The notes under the pieces: model-generated
The model's database searches: none
The model's input: only the letters and a program-made list of their open reading frames with translations
What the model was told of the DNA's origin: nothing
Source: Octopus sinensis
Lineage: Eukaryota
Assembly: GCF_006345805.1 (NCBI RefSeq)
Contig: NC_043019.1
Span: forward strand, 29,573,360 to 29,637,359
Length of the DNA: 64,000 nucleotides
Direction of reading: 5' to 3'
Position numbers and translations under genes: made by a program
In this document: positions 51,501-64,000 of the stretch, in pieces
Layout of the letters: the number at the start of each line of letters is the position of its first letter
How positions within the stretch are numbered: position 1 is the stretch's first letter

Positions 51501-53369
51501 GCATCGGCTACGTTCGATATATATATGCATGTATGTGTGTGTATATGTTTCTCGCCTGACAACTGATGGTGTGTTTACATCCCCATAACTTAGCAGTTCA
51601 GCAAAAGAGACCCATAGAATAAGTACTAGACTTACAAAGAATAAATCTTGGGGTCGGTTTGCTCAACTTAAGGCAGTGCTCCAGCATGGCCACAGTCAAA
51701 TGACTGATATAAATTAAAAGCATATAGACATACATACATACACACATACTGAGAGAGAAAGAGATTAGAAAATGTAAACAGACAGTACATTTTAATCAAA
51801 TAGCTTCTTCTCTCTACTCACAGACTACAGAACAAACGATATATTTATCCCCTTTAAGCAGAAGTCGTACAGTTTAATCTTGAAAAACAAAATGGTGGAA
51901 CATATGAAAAGTAACCAGCAATAATTTGCTGCAAGCTATGAAATATAAGGTAGGCAGTAAAACACATTTCAATTTTTTTTTTCTTCTAAAAATGTCTTTT
52001 TGCAACTATATTTCATTACCAATACATAAATAACAGAGAAAGAATCCAGTTATATCTTGAGTCATTTTTTTTCCCTCTCATTGAAGCAATAAAACAAATG
52101 GAATAATTCCCAGCAACCGAACACCATGTCTCTAAGAATAAACAAACAATATTATCATTCTTCCACAATGACATAGACAGTTACAAGTAAAAGTGAAGAA
52201 CTTTTATCTTGTTCTTATAGACTGCAAAAACCATTTGTCAAAGAGCCCCATCCATGTTCTGTAATCTGGCAAGCAATGAAGAAACAAGATGTGAACAGTA
52301 TATTGTTTATGAAAGGTTTCACCAACTTCATGCACTCTGATTATGTAAACACAAGCATGGGTGTGTGGTTAAGAAGTCACAAACTACATGATTCCAAGTT
52401 CAATCCAGCTGTGTGATACTTTGGGTAAGTGACTTCTGCTTATAACCTAAAGCTCACCAATTCTTTGTAAGTGGAATTTGATAGAGAGAAACTATGTAGA
52501 ACCTGCATTGTATGTATGTGTCTCTGTGTGTATTTGTTTATGTGTAATGTTTGACACTACAAAGAGCACTCAGTTAAAAGACCAGTAGTGTATCAAGAAG
52601 ATTTATTAATTCAATAAATATGATTGATAAAGAACCAGACCAAAACAAGAACTGTGAGTTGATATGATCAATTAAAAACCCTTTAAGTAGATGCCCCAGT
52701 AAGGTCACAGCCCATTGGTTGAAACCAGTAAAGGAACGTGTCAGAATCCTTGATTTCATTGCGTAGCATTATGGTTGTGAAGTCCAACAAGCATACAATC
52801 AAAGGTTTTTATTATATTTTTCAGGTATGATGTATACAAAACTGCATATGTCAGTATACAGGACAGCATTTGAACCTTAAAATAAAGTCACCCCAAAAAC
52901 CAAGGGTTGCTGTAAATAAAAACTTTAGCGAAGACCAGCATAAATAATCCAAACACAGACCTACCAATAGTCTCATGAAGCGAGATAAAGTTTACAAATT
53001 AAAGAAAAAGCATAAGTGTATCAGCATGTATCAAAATATGTCTGGTAAAAATACTTAGCAATAAGGACGATATTCCAAGTCACAGCAACACTGGGCTCTG
53101 CCTCACATACCTCATAATCACTGCATCAAGAGTGAATTAGTTCCAGATAATCTTATACAGTAAGTGTAGCTCAAAGCCTACATTTTAAAAGGAAATTTGG
53201 GGGTTGGATTATATAGGAGTCAGCTTATACACTAGCATTTATGTTATCCAATTGTCTTTCCTTAAATAAGACAGTAGTGCAGTGATTCTCAATTTTTTTT
53301 TTTTTTACTACATGGAGCATTGGAGGAAATCATACAAAAAGTATCCGGTACACTTTACATAAAAAAAAA

Positions 53370-53622
53370 AGGTAAAGTTCCTTCTCAAGTCATGTAGACT
53401 CATGTGGCTGGTTTCCCAATTTCCATGGCATATATATTCCCCACCTGAATGGGATGCCGGTCCATTGCGGGATTGTTCATTTTTGCCACCTGAGCGAACC
53501 TGAAGTAATGTGAAATGAAGTGTTTTGCATAAGAACACAACACATTGCCCAGTGCAGGAATCGAAACTACAATTTTATGATCATGAATCCAACACCCTAA
53601 CCACTAACCCATGCACTTCCAC
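53370..53622 (-). mobile_element. tRNA-derived SINE, type D
   Basis: Minus strand: GGTTAGTGGTTAGGGTGTTGG (A box), GTTTCGATTCC (B box), ending GAAGGAACTTTACC + T tract. Confidence 0.75.
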
Positions 53623-54785
53623 ACACTTCACATGGAAAGTTTTAAATTGCTTTGCAAATTAAAAATTGAAAAAAATTATTTGGTTTCATCAATCAATTTT
53701 GTATTTAACAAAATTACAATTAAATCATTTTTTAAGACAAGCATTAATACGGGTTTTTCTAAAACCTTAAATTTATTTTTGTAAGTCCACAGTATACCTT
53801 GCAATGCACCATTCAAAAGCCACTCAGTAGAGTGTGAGTCAAGATAGATATGGCTGTTATTTCTACTATGTCAAGTAACAATGTAAAGCAGATATAAGCA
53901 TCTTTTTTCAAAGAACAGGACACATGTGACAAGTCTCATCATCAGGTGGGCCACTCAACTAAAAACAAAATCATTTTTTTTTTTTTTTTTTTTGCTAGGA
54001 GTACCATTCAGAAAGTTCCATGAGCTGCAGATTGCCCATGATAAATGTAAACATATCTTCAACACCTTCATATTACTTTGGTGTTACATAGGGGTGAGAC
54101 ACCTTCGATTGGCTAGTACACCAGTCAATCACAAGTAACATTCCCCAAACAGTTGATACTTAACACCCTCACCCCCCCCCCACAACTCACCAAATCAAAT
54201 GCCAACATGGAAATAGAAACATTGAAAGGCTGGCTGCCAATGACATAAGATGTAACAGTGTCAATAATTATCTACTAGACCATCTGGTCTCTACATCATC
54301 TAACAGAGAGAAAACCTATTTGAAATAAATTTTGTTTCACTTCATTCATCAATTCTAGAAAAAAGGAGAGTGGAATAGGAGAAAAAGTTATAACACCACT
54401 ACCCCTCACCGTCACCATTTTTCTTTATCTTTCTGTATTCTGAGTACAAGTCTCTATGGAGACAACTTTGCCTTTTATCCCTCAAAGGGATGTTTATGGT
54501 GATGGAGGGCAACAGAATACCTACCAGGCAGTATTCTTTGACTCTGTGCTCCTTCCCTTCTACTGTAGAAATTAGTTTGCGATTCACACATATTTAGATA
54601 TGTATGTAGAGAGAAAGAAAAAGAAAGCGAGAAAGGGCGAGAGGGGAGGGGGAGTGTGTGTGTGTATATGTGTGCGTGCGCACACACGCACTTGTGTACA
54701 TGCATATCTACATATTTTATTTATTCAAAGCTGAATTGCAACTTGGGGCTTCACATTCCCAATTTTATACACACACACGAGTGTA

Positions 54786-54893
<108 letters not shown>

Positions 54894-56929
54894 GCTGGTG
54901 CTTTAAAAAAACTATTAAAAACAGCAAAGGACATTAACTGGCAAAAAATGATTCAGTACCAAAGTAGAGTTTAAATATTTTATTAGACATAAACACATAG
55001 CAACTGTGAAACTATGACTTCAAGTTTAGTCATTATCAGAGAAACTATATTTAAAAGGATTAATTGAATAAAATAGACATTCCCCTCTATCATTTAATAA
55101 ATAATAAAATGCAAAAGTAATTACAAACACATATATATAACTTTATAAATTTTATATATGAACAGCTAAAATTATAATGTACATTTCTTCTATTCACTAT
55201 GCAAACTAAAAGAACTGTCAGTGTTTTAACAAAAAAGAAAAAAACAGCAACAGCAAAATATCATAGCAAGCTAATTGCCTTTGCTGCACATATCAAGGTG
55301 ATAGGTAAAGAGAGAGAAAAACACACTGCCACTTATATTAGTAGATAACTTTCAGCTTGTTGGGTTTTGATCTACAGTTCATCTACACTATGTGTTGATT
55401 CTCTGATAAATACCTCTGTCTAATTTGTCTTCATCCCCTGCTTCCAGATCGGTTGAGTGGTGGATAAGGAATCCCTTCAAAATAAGGCTGCTTCAGAAAT
55501 TTTGAATAAGAAGCGACCATATTCTCTGGTGTAAAAGTTAAATTTTTCAGACCAAAATTTACAGCCAAAAATGCTAACTTTATACACCAAGATGACTTTG
55601 GAGAATCAAAAATTTAATGTGAAATGCAGCAGGCTTTGGAAAGATAGTGAACGTTTGAATGAGTACACTACATCTTAATACTATATATTCTATATCTATG
55701 TGTATGCCAGAAAATTCAGTACAAACTAAGGGTGAAGTATTCTGGTATGTGATAGGGATAACAATAGAGCCTGAACTACTCAAATGAATCCAAAACCAGA
55801 AATTTTAATGGCTGTTCCCATTGGATTTGTAGAAATACAATATTTAGTTTCATCTTAATTGGATCATAGTTCAATAAAAACTTATCTATATCAACTTCAT
55901 TATTCTTCCACTCCAAGATTAGAAAAAATAAGTACAACTAATTCTATACCGAGGTCAATTCAGTCAACTATTTCCCTCGGGCAAAAAGAAAATGGATTTT
56001 GTGCTAAATCGAAAAAATAAATAAATTTATATATAAAAGACTTTTTTTTATTGATTGTATTGTTAACATTAAAAAAAATAGTCTTGTTTTCTTTTTCTTT
56101 TTTTCATTTTATGAGAGAAATTTAGTAGATGGGAACTGTACACAAGCCCATTGTGCGCACACACACACACACATGGTCTTGGATTTAGTCCTATTATGTG
56201 GCATCTTGGGCAAATGTTTTCTACAATAGCCCAGGCCAACCAGAACCTGATGGATTTGGAAGACAGAAACTGAAAGAAGCCTCTTTTTGTGTGTGTGTGT
56301 GTATGCACGTGCACACTCTTGTCTAAATATCACACGATGGTTGTAACTGGGCATCATCATCATACAAACAAGGTTGTTATGTTTCCAGTTTTCTGTCAAA
56401 AACATGTCCAGCTATAGTAAAGTTTTACCTTGCTTGGAAACAGGGAAAGGCTGGTGACAGGAAGAGTATCTGGCTAGAGAAAATTTGGCTCAACAAATTG
56501 CATTTGACCCATGCAAGCAGGAAAAAGTGGACATCAAATCATATATATATATATTATATATATATATATATATATACTAGCCAACGTACTCAGTAATTCC
56601 TGGGAAAGCAGGGCTTATCCCTTGGTTCCATTTTCATAATTGTTTCGCTAATCCAATAACAATACAAAATATGTAGCCTTTAAAATGGTTTTTGTGCATT
56701 TACAGAGAATAGGGAACTGTCTTACAGAGGATTTTGTTTTTAGGAATTCTCCCAATAAGTTATGAATACCCAAATTGTGAAGTCAGTTATGGTATAACAT
56801 GAAATTAGTTACCTGATAGTAAGAATTCAAATAAAGTATCTCTGAAAAAGGATTTAATGCATCCCCAGAGAATATAGTGGTTCAGTGTTAGCAAGCTCAA
56901 GAAATGGTAATGATGAACCAGTTCACCAT

Positions 56930-57153
56930 TACGATTTCTCGAATCACTGCTCTTTGTTTTCTTTGCTGCATATTGCTAGTGGAGTGGCCATGCTTACACT
57001 GTAAAGCCAGAAAGAAAAACATTGCGATGAGGCTCAAACTTTGATCACATGACCACAATAGTACCAACTATAAGCACACATGCACAGAAGGTGGTATGAC
57101 AATAATAAAGATACGTTATGGCAAAAGTGTGGATAATTTTTGAATCCCCCTCA
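56930..57153 (-). mobile_element. mariner 5' end with TIR and transposase N-terminus relic
   Basis: TA|TGAGGGGGATTCAAAAATTATCC at 57155 reading leftwards. ATG at 56991 reads MATPLAICSKE, then after a frameshift QRAVIR, matching the mariner MAAPL.xCTKEEQRAVIR start. Confidence 0.75.
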
Positions 57154-57769
57154 TATATGTATTCAATCTTGCTGAGAAATTATGTTCACCTAAGTCTTGT
57201 GAACCAAAATTCGCAGTAAGATGAGAATCATAGCCACATCAGGGCTCCCTTGCCTCCTCTCCCCTAAGAGGCCAAGATAAACTCATGAATTGCTACTCAT
57301 TAAAGAGTGTATATATTTTACCAGATACAATTCACAATGGTATAAATTGACCATGCAACAATAATTACTGAAGTACCAAAACAAGCACAAGCTGTGAATA
57401 AATGAATATTTATACTCCAAACCCTTTTACTTTCCTACACAAGGCTGTATTGCATGATTGTATATTTAGCAAAGCAATACAATAGAAAGGAACTAGTGAA
57501 GTTCTGCATCAACAAAAATCTAATGCAAATAATTTTAACTAAAGGGCACAAACACTTTCAGACACACACACACAACCAATTCAATCACAAAACTTCTATC
57601 AACCTGAGGTTATTGTAGGAGGCAGTTCAGTCTCACTGCATTGCCCAAGACCCAGCACGGTTGGACTGAACCTGAAACCATGCGGTTGAGGCCTATGAAA
57701 TTAATTTCATGCCAAGAACAAAATCTGATTTCACTGTTTGAATTATTGTTTATTTACTGATGTGTATGC

Positions 57770-58010
57770 TCATTACTCATATGCACTTGTCAAAGAAATA
57801 CATACGGTAAATTCTACTTTGCTGATGTGTTCATAATAAGACCAAAACATGTCTGAAACTGTTTGATATAATTGATGAAATATAACACTAATGGGTTTTT
57901 CCTACCTTACTGCATAGTTATATCTACTTAACTGTTTAATTACTCTTTACATGAAGTATTTCAATGCTAACTAAACTATTTATCTATTAGCCTACAAATT
58001 TGTTTCACTA
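57770..58010 (+). mobile_element. Penelope-like terminal repeat relic with decayed hammerhead motif (copy 1)
   Basis: Homologous over about 240 bp to the reverse complement of 60895-61135; contains TTTG-CTGATGT-GTTC-ATAATAA-GACC-AAAAC-AT-GTC-TGAA. Confidence 0.55.
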
Positions 58011-58272
58011 TGTGTTCATTTCTGCATTATGCAAGGAGTGCTTAAAAAATTCTAACACTAACTTCATTACTTAAATAGACAGTCACACAGATGGACAGAC
58101 TGAATCAAAAGCTTAGAAGTAATTATGTCATAAAAGAGAACAAGAAGGATAAAATGAGGATATAAGATGGGCTATTTAGCTTCTATTTCACTCAATAGAA
58201 ATGGGGTACGAACCAACTAATTAGATAATTACAACGCACAATCACACACATGTATACATAAATATACACAAC

Positions 58273-58305
<33 letters not shown>

Positions 58306-58379
58306 TAAAACATATGCATATATAAAAACATATATGTACGTACATACCTCTACATGTACATATACACGCATATATGAGT

Positions 58380-58650
58380 ACAGGACACCAAACACAATGA
58401 GAAACGGAAACATAGACACAAACCAAAGGAACTGGACATTTTTTTAAACAACAAAAAAATAGAGTACAGGACAATTAACACAAAGAAAAAACCCCTTCTT
58501 CAGTCGCTATGGTTTCATCTACTCTACGTTTCGAAGGATAAAAGCGAGACGTATTTTCGACAAGAAACTTTCCTTCCTGCGAAAAGCAAATCAATTAAAA
58601 TTCTGAGATCTTTTCACAGAGGGGTAAAAAATGGTAACAAAAACAGGACA
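58380..58650 (-). repeat. CpG-rich unclassified interspersed repeat between microsatellites
   Basis: Non-simple, CpG-retaining block embedded in (TA/CA)n tracts; no ORF or TIR recognised. Confidence 0.45.
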
Positions 58651-58688
58651 GTAACATATATATATATATGTATATATATATATGTGTG

Positions 58689-58719
<31 letters not shown>

Positions 58720-59309
58720 CATAGACACATGTGCATACATTTACATACTAGCATGTACATATGCACATACATACACACATATGCACTCACACATATATAT
58801 ACACACATATTTTTCTTTTTTGGTTTCATTCAGTCACTGATGTATGGCCATGTTGGAGCACTATTTCCAAGCATTTTTAGTCGATTATATCAACACCAGT
58901 ACTTTACTTCGTCTGTTACTGATTTTATTGACCCTAGAAGAGGGCAACATTTCAGAGATTTGAGACAAAGTATTTAGATGTCAGCAAATGAGATGGAGGA
59001 GAAAAAGCATTAAAATCATGTATAGAAGGAAATTCAGTCTGTGTTACTGATACAGCTCATACTAACATACGTAGTAAAATGGACTTCAAATCAATGATTT
59101 TGCAAAGTATACAACAATAAATACAAAATTAGATGATGCGAGGCATTTCATGTCTGCAAGATTCACTAATTAACAAATATATCACATTACATTACGTTTT
59201 ACTTAGGGAATTTCCTGTTTTCATTTAATTAATGCAAAAAAGAAAAAGGAACAAGGAAAAAAAAAGCAATTTAATGTTGATCCTTTACACATGCACAAGT
59301 GTGTATCCT

Positions 59310-59710
59310 TGTATATATGTATTTGTGTGTATTATACAAATGCATAATGGACACATATATATATATATATACACACACACAGACATATATATACACACAC
59401 ATACATACACATATATACACACACATACATACACATATATACACACACATACATACACATATATACACACACATACATACACATATATATATACACACAC
59501 ACAGACATATATATACACATACACACACACATACATATATAAACATATATACACATACACACACATATACATATATATATATAAACATACATAGAGACAT
59601 ATATATATGCACATACACATATATACACATACTTACACATACATATATACACATACAGACACATATACATACACCTACACATCCTCATCGGTCACATATA
59701 TATATAAACG

Positions 59711-59749
<39 letters not shown>

Positions 59750-59790
59750 TTATACAGGCATACTCTGATGTGTACACATACACACAAACA
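59310..59790. repeat. compound TA/CA microsatellite with a 24-bp higher-order repeat x4 (59387-59482)
   Basis: ATATATACACACACATACATACAC repeated four times without mismatch. Confidence 0.95.
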
Positions 59791-60470
59791 CACATTTTAA
59801 TTCCTAAATAAAAGAATTAGAGAAGCTTCATAAATAACACTAAGAGGTATTGCAAAGTTTGTTTACAGAACAAGAATAACAAGCTATCATGTCCTCATAG
59901 AATTTGTTTGTTAAGCTTCAGGGAAAAATTCAAACAGCTTCAAACAAACACACACACACACACACACACGCAACCTACCCCACTAGCCCACCTGTCACCC
60001 ACCCAAATCAATATGTTAAATCTAAATGCATTGTTGCCACATATCAAGTAATGCTTGAATTGGGAATAAAACAAATGATCAAGTATCAACATTAGACAAA
60101 GTAAATATTGGCTCAAGATCTTATATCAAATTCCTCACTGATATAAATTATGATGGTGTCAAATTGTCAAAATTCATTTAAATTCCAAAGTGTTATAGAA
60201 TCAACAGAAATTATCACTATCATCAAGACGGCAGATTGGCAGAATTATTAGAGTGCCAGACAAAATGCCCTGCAGTATTTGTCCTGGATTTTTACAATCC
60301 GAGTCCAAATGCCACTATGATTGGTATAGTACTAGTCAAGTACTAGGTAAATTTAATTGATTAATCTATTCATACAGTATCTCTGGTCTTGTCCCCATAT
60401 AAGAAATAATTATAATCATTATGATTACAATGATACATATACATACAAATACATAAATATGCATTCACAT

Positions 60471-60528
<58 letters not shown>

Positions 60529-60894
60529 TTCAGCAAAATTTAGATTCAGATGAATATGGTACTTAAGTTAAAGGCACCAGAATTTTGTATGGTATTATCC
60601 ATATAAATCAAATGGGGTGATTATGAAATAAGTATAATGAAATAAGTATAAAAATGTGCATTGTCTGTTTAATCAAAAAAATTCTATATGTGGCTGAAGA
60701 TTGCTCAACATTTTAAAACTGATGTAATACTTTCAGTGTTTAAATAAAATGAAGTAACATGAAACGATTGTACTACACTACCTTGGATATCCTTGTTGTT
60801 TATATATATATATATATATATATACATATATATACACACACACACATTTTTTAAATGCTCTTTGCATTATATAAATAGAAATAAATACAGGGAA

Positions 60895-61135
60895 AGTCAG
60901 ATTTGTAGGTTAATAGTTAGATCATTTATTTAGTATTGACATACTTCATGCAGGGAGCAATTAAAAGGTTAAGTAGATATAATTAAGCAGTATAGAAAAA
61001 TCCCATTATTATTATATTTCATCAATTATAGCAAATAGTTTCAGACATGTTTTGGTTTTATTATGAGCTCATCAGCAAAGTAGAATTTACCATAAGTACT
61101 TCTTTCACAAGTACATATGAGTAATACACACATAT
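60895..61135 (-). mobile_element. Penelope-like terminal repeat relic with decayed hammerhead motif (copy 2)
   Basis: Minus strand 61079-61040: TTTG-CTGATGA-GCTC-ATAATAA-AACC-AAAAC-AT-GTC-TGAA. Confidence 0.55.
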
Positions 61136-61243
61136 ATATATATATATTTAAACTATGCAATACATCTATAAAATGATATTTTCTGGATGAAAAACTGAGC
61201 CTCTGACTTTACCACCGCACATTTAAATATGTTATATTAATCA

Positions 61244-61274
<31 letters not shown>

Positions 61275-61889
61275 CCTCATTGTAATTGTTTCAAATTTTG
61301 ATACAAGGCCAGCAATGTTATGGGGGCAGGGCTTGTTGATTACAACAGCCCCAAAACCTGACTGGTACTTCATTTTATCAACCCCAAAAGGATGAAATGA
61401 AAAGTTGGTCTCAGCAGGAATTGAACTCAGAATGTAAAGAACCAGAGAAATGCCACTAAGTATTTTGTCCAGTACAGTAAAGATTCTGCCAGCTTGCCAC
61501 TATATAGATATATATACTTATTATAATGACCAGAAGAAAAACCATCCAGAGAGTAGTGTTTCGCCTTGTAATACTAATAATTTCTCAGAGTCACAAGAGC
61601 AGAAACTTATAAGGGAGTGGGAGGACAGTGAAGCCAATATATCAACTCAAATACTTGACTGATAATACAATGAAAATTACAGTTGGCCCAGCCAGTATTT
61701 TTTAATACTTTATCATGGAGAGAAAAGCAGCACAAATTACTATTTATCTGAGAGGTTCTGAAACTGGTGATATATAAGGAGCAAGCTATCCTCAGATTCA
61801 AGACCTGGTCCACAAATGCTTTTTAGAGTGAACTCTGCAAAAAACACTGAAGGGACAGGTCAGGGTGTTGAACTCAAAGATAAAGATTC

Positions 61890-62330
61890 ATAACATAAGC
61901 AAGGATGTAGTTGTGTGATAAGATGTTTGCTTCCCAAGCATATGGTTCTGTATTCAATCCTACTGTCAGCACCTTGAGTACCTATTACAGCTCCAAACCA
62001 AGCAAAGCCTTGTGAGTGGATCTTGTTGACTGAAACTGAAAAAAGCCCATCATATATATATATATATATATATATACATACACACACACAAACACATACA
62101 TACATACACACACACATGTATATATCTGTGTGTATCTTTGTGTTTGTCCCCCACCACTGCTTGACAACCAACATTGATTTGTTTACATCCCTGTAACAGG
62201 GAGTTTGGCACAAGAGACCCATAAAGTACTAGGCATGACAAAATAAGTACTGGGGTCAATTCGTTCAATTAAAACCTTTCAAAGCAATGCCCCAGGATGG
62301 CTGTAGTCCAGTAGCTGAAACAAGTAGGTG
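61890..62330 (+). mobile_element. type B SINE, older copy
   Basis: Head, AAAGCCTTGTGAGTGGAT, hinge and second module, all diverged. Confidence 0.8.
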
Positions 62331-62805
62331 TAAAATATAAAAAAAACACAAATCCTTGCTACCAAATCTGCCAATCTGATACCAATAATTCAGTGACATT
62401 TGTGTAGTAAATACAGCCACGAAAGGCAAAAATACAAATTATGATAACAAAATGAGAGAGAGAAAAAAAAATTCCCAAAAATCAGTATATAAATATGAGT
62501 GGGGATAGTGGGCTATAGCAGAGAGAGAGCAAACAGATCAATAACAGTGAACCAAACAGACATAGTTGTTCACGATACATAAATACATAATAGAGGGTAA
62601 TAACACTAATTAAATGTTGCTGTCCCATTAGATTGTCACAGAATAAAGCAAGATGGCAGCAGAAGAGGAATAAAGATTTATAACATGAAATATAATATCA
62701 GTTTCCAATGATCATTTTCTCTTTTTTTCTTTCAGAAAGAAGGGACAGTACCAATAATGTTTGCTGAGCTTCATCCACAAGACTAGAGTGACCAATACGG
62801 TTTAA

Positions 62806-63002
62806 CCATTTAATATTCAGATTACTCTTTCAAATGTAATGCTTATTTATTCAATCTTTTGAATTTATCATGCATTACCTCTTAGCATCAAGATTTTTAT
62901 GATGACATTGTAGGGTAGGTATGAAAGGCAGGCTCAGGCCATTTTGAACATAAAAAAGACGGAATATTTGGGCCAGGTGTGGCCAGTATATATGTTAATG
63001 AG
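62806..63002. mobile_element. piggyBac-type MITE, diverged
   Basis: TTAA flanks at 62802-62805 and 63003-63006; interior homologous to 5373-5593. Confidence 0.7.
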
Positions 63003-64000
63003 TTAATGTTCTGTTATTTAATCATCTCTAAGTTGGTGTCTGAGAGGTAAGAGTAGCAGATATTTTGGTGAAGAAGGATAGGATAAAGTGGTCGGTGCAG
63101 ATTTTGGACGTTGCGAGACAGATAAATTATGTAATAGTCTTCAAAAAACCCTCTCAAAAAGATGGGTTGGCCATAGATAAAATGCTTCTGATTGTGGATC
63201 TGCTCAATTAGGGTTCATTAAAGGTTAAACAACTACAATAAAATTAACATGTAAAGCTAGATTAAATATATATCAGGCTAAAATGTCTTTTTTTAAATTG
63301 TCTTCAAGAGAAGCGGATATTCTGTAAAAATGATTGCTCCTCTTTTATTCAACTCATTTTATTGTTTAAAATTATGAGGTTTGATTGGCTGCAATCAGTT
63401 ACCAGTTTCTAATGGGCTAATCACTGGGTCACTAGATTGCTGACCCAGAATGATAAAGGAGTGTTTGTATCTTAGTGCAGTTGTCATCTATGCCTGCTGA
63501 AATTATCAAAATATTAGTCATTCATTGACCTAATATTGTTTTTTGGTTTGTTTGGTTTTTTTTTCTCCCAATACATAATTATTTCTAGATAGCTTTTTAA
63601 TGTTCTCTGCATTAAATAAATTAACACAAAATTAGCAGTTAGCCTGCCTTACCACATACCATAAATGTCTTAGTATTATATGCTATGATGCACAATGCAC
63701 ATCTAAAGTTTGAAGACTAAATTATCTTTAAAAGCATATAATATTATGTATAGCATGCAGTGTTGCACAACTGCAGCAAAAATGGATAATCTACTGAAAT
63801 CCAATATATCTGCCTTTAATTTCATTTTACATGAAAAATTTGTATAAAATGGAAAATTGTTGAGAAAATAGTAAAACTTTATTACCTCATGTTTTTCTTA
63901 ATAAAGTGGGCAGGGGAAAATTTTGCAGTCTAATAAATACCAGGTGAACATAAAATTTGATTTTAGTGAAAAAATACCTATTATACATAGATGTCTTAAA

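Noticed and set aside
58495-58600. Second hammerhead (CCTTCGAAACGTA ... CTGAAGAAGG on the minus strand)
   Set aside because: The core halves are in permuted order and I could not form stem I between them, so no valid fold.
62734-62784. Plus-strand terminal exon KEGTVPIMFAELHPQD* after a strong polypyrimidine acceptor
   Set aside because: Only 16 codons; strong acceptor-like tracts are common in this T-rich DNA, and there is no supporting context.

Overview
AT-rich, repeat-dense eukaryotic DNA. The SINE, RTE and microsatellite content looks like an octopus (coleoid cephalopod) genome; this is inferred from recalled repeat families and was not checked by a search. I cannot support any host protein-coding gene, rRNA, true tRNA gene or CRISPR array. 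The ORF track is mostly microsatellite and repeat translations, and the window is most likely intergenic or inside a large intron. It is a mosaic of tRNA-derived SINEs (about four modular types), 3' fragments of RTE-clade LINEs, TTAA-flanked piggyBac-type MITEs, hAT/Charlie elements with perfect 8-bp TSDs, Tc1/mariner relics, non-autonomous Helitrons (including a 4-copy head-to-tail array), two Penelope-like relics with decayed hammerhead-ribozyme motifs, and long (TA)n/(CA)n/(GA)n tracts. The most unusual structure is a complex local rearrangement at 7.7-11.2 kb. It has three near-identical 464-474 bp tandem units, a 190-bp inverted duplication, a perfect 40-bp hairpin and microhomology junctions, and it also duplicates a candidate 75-nt in-frame exon with both splice sites. 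Boundaries of old repeats are approximate. Boundaries given with TSDs or TIRs were read directly.
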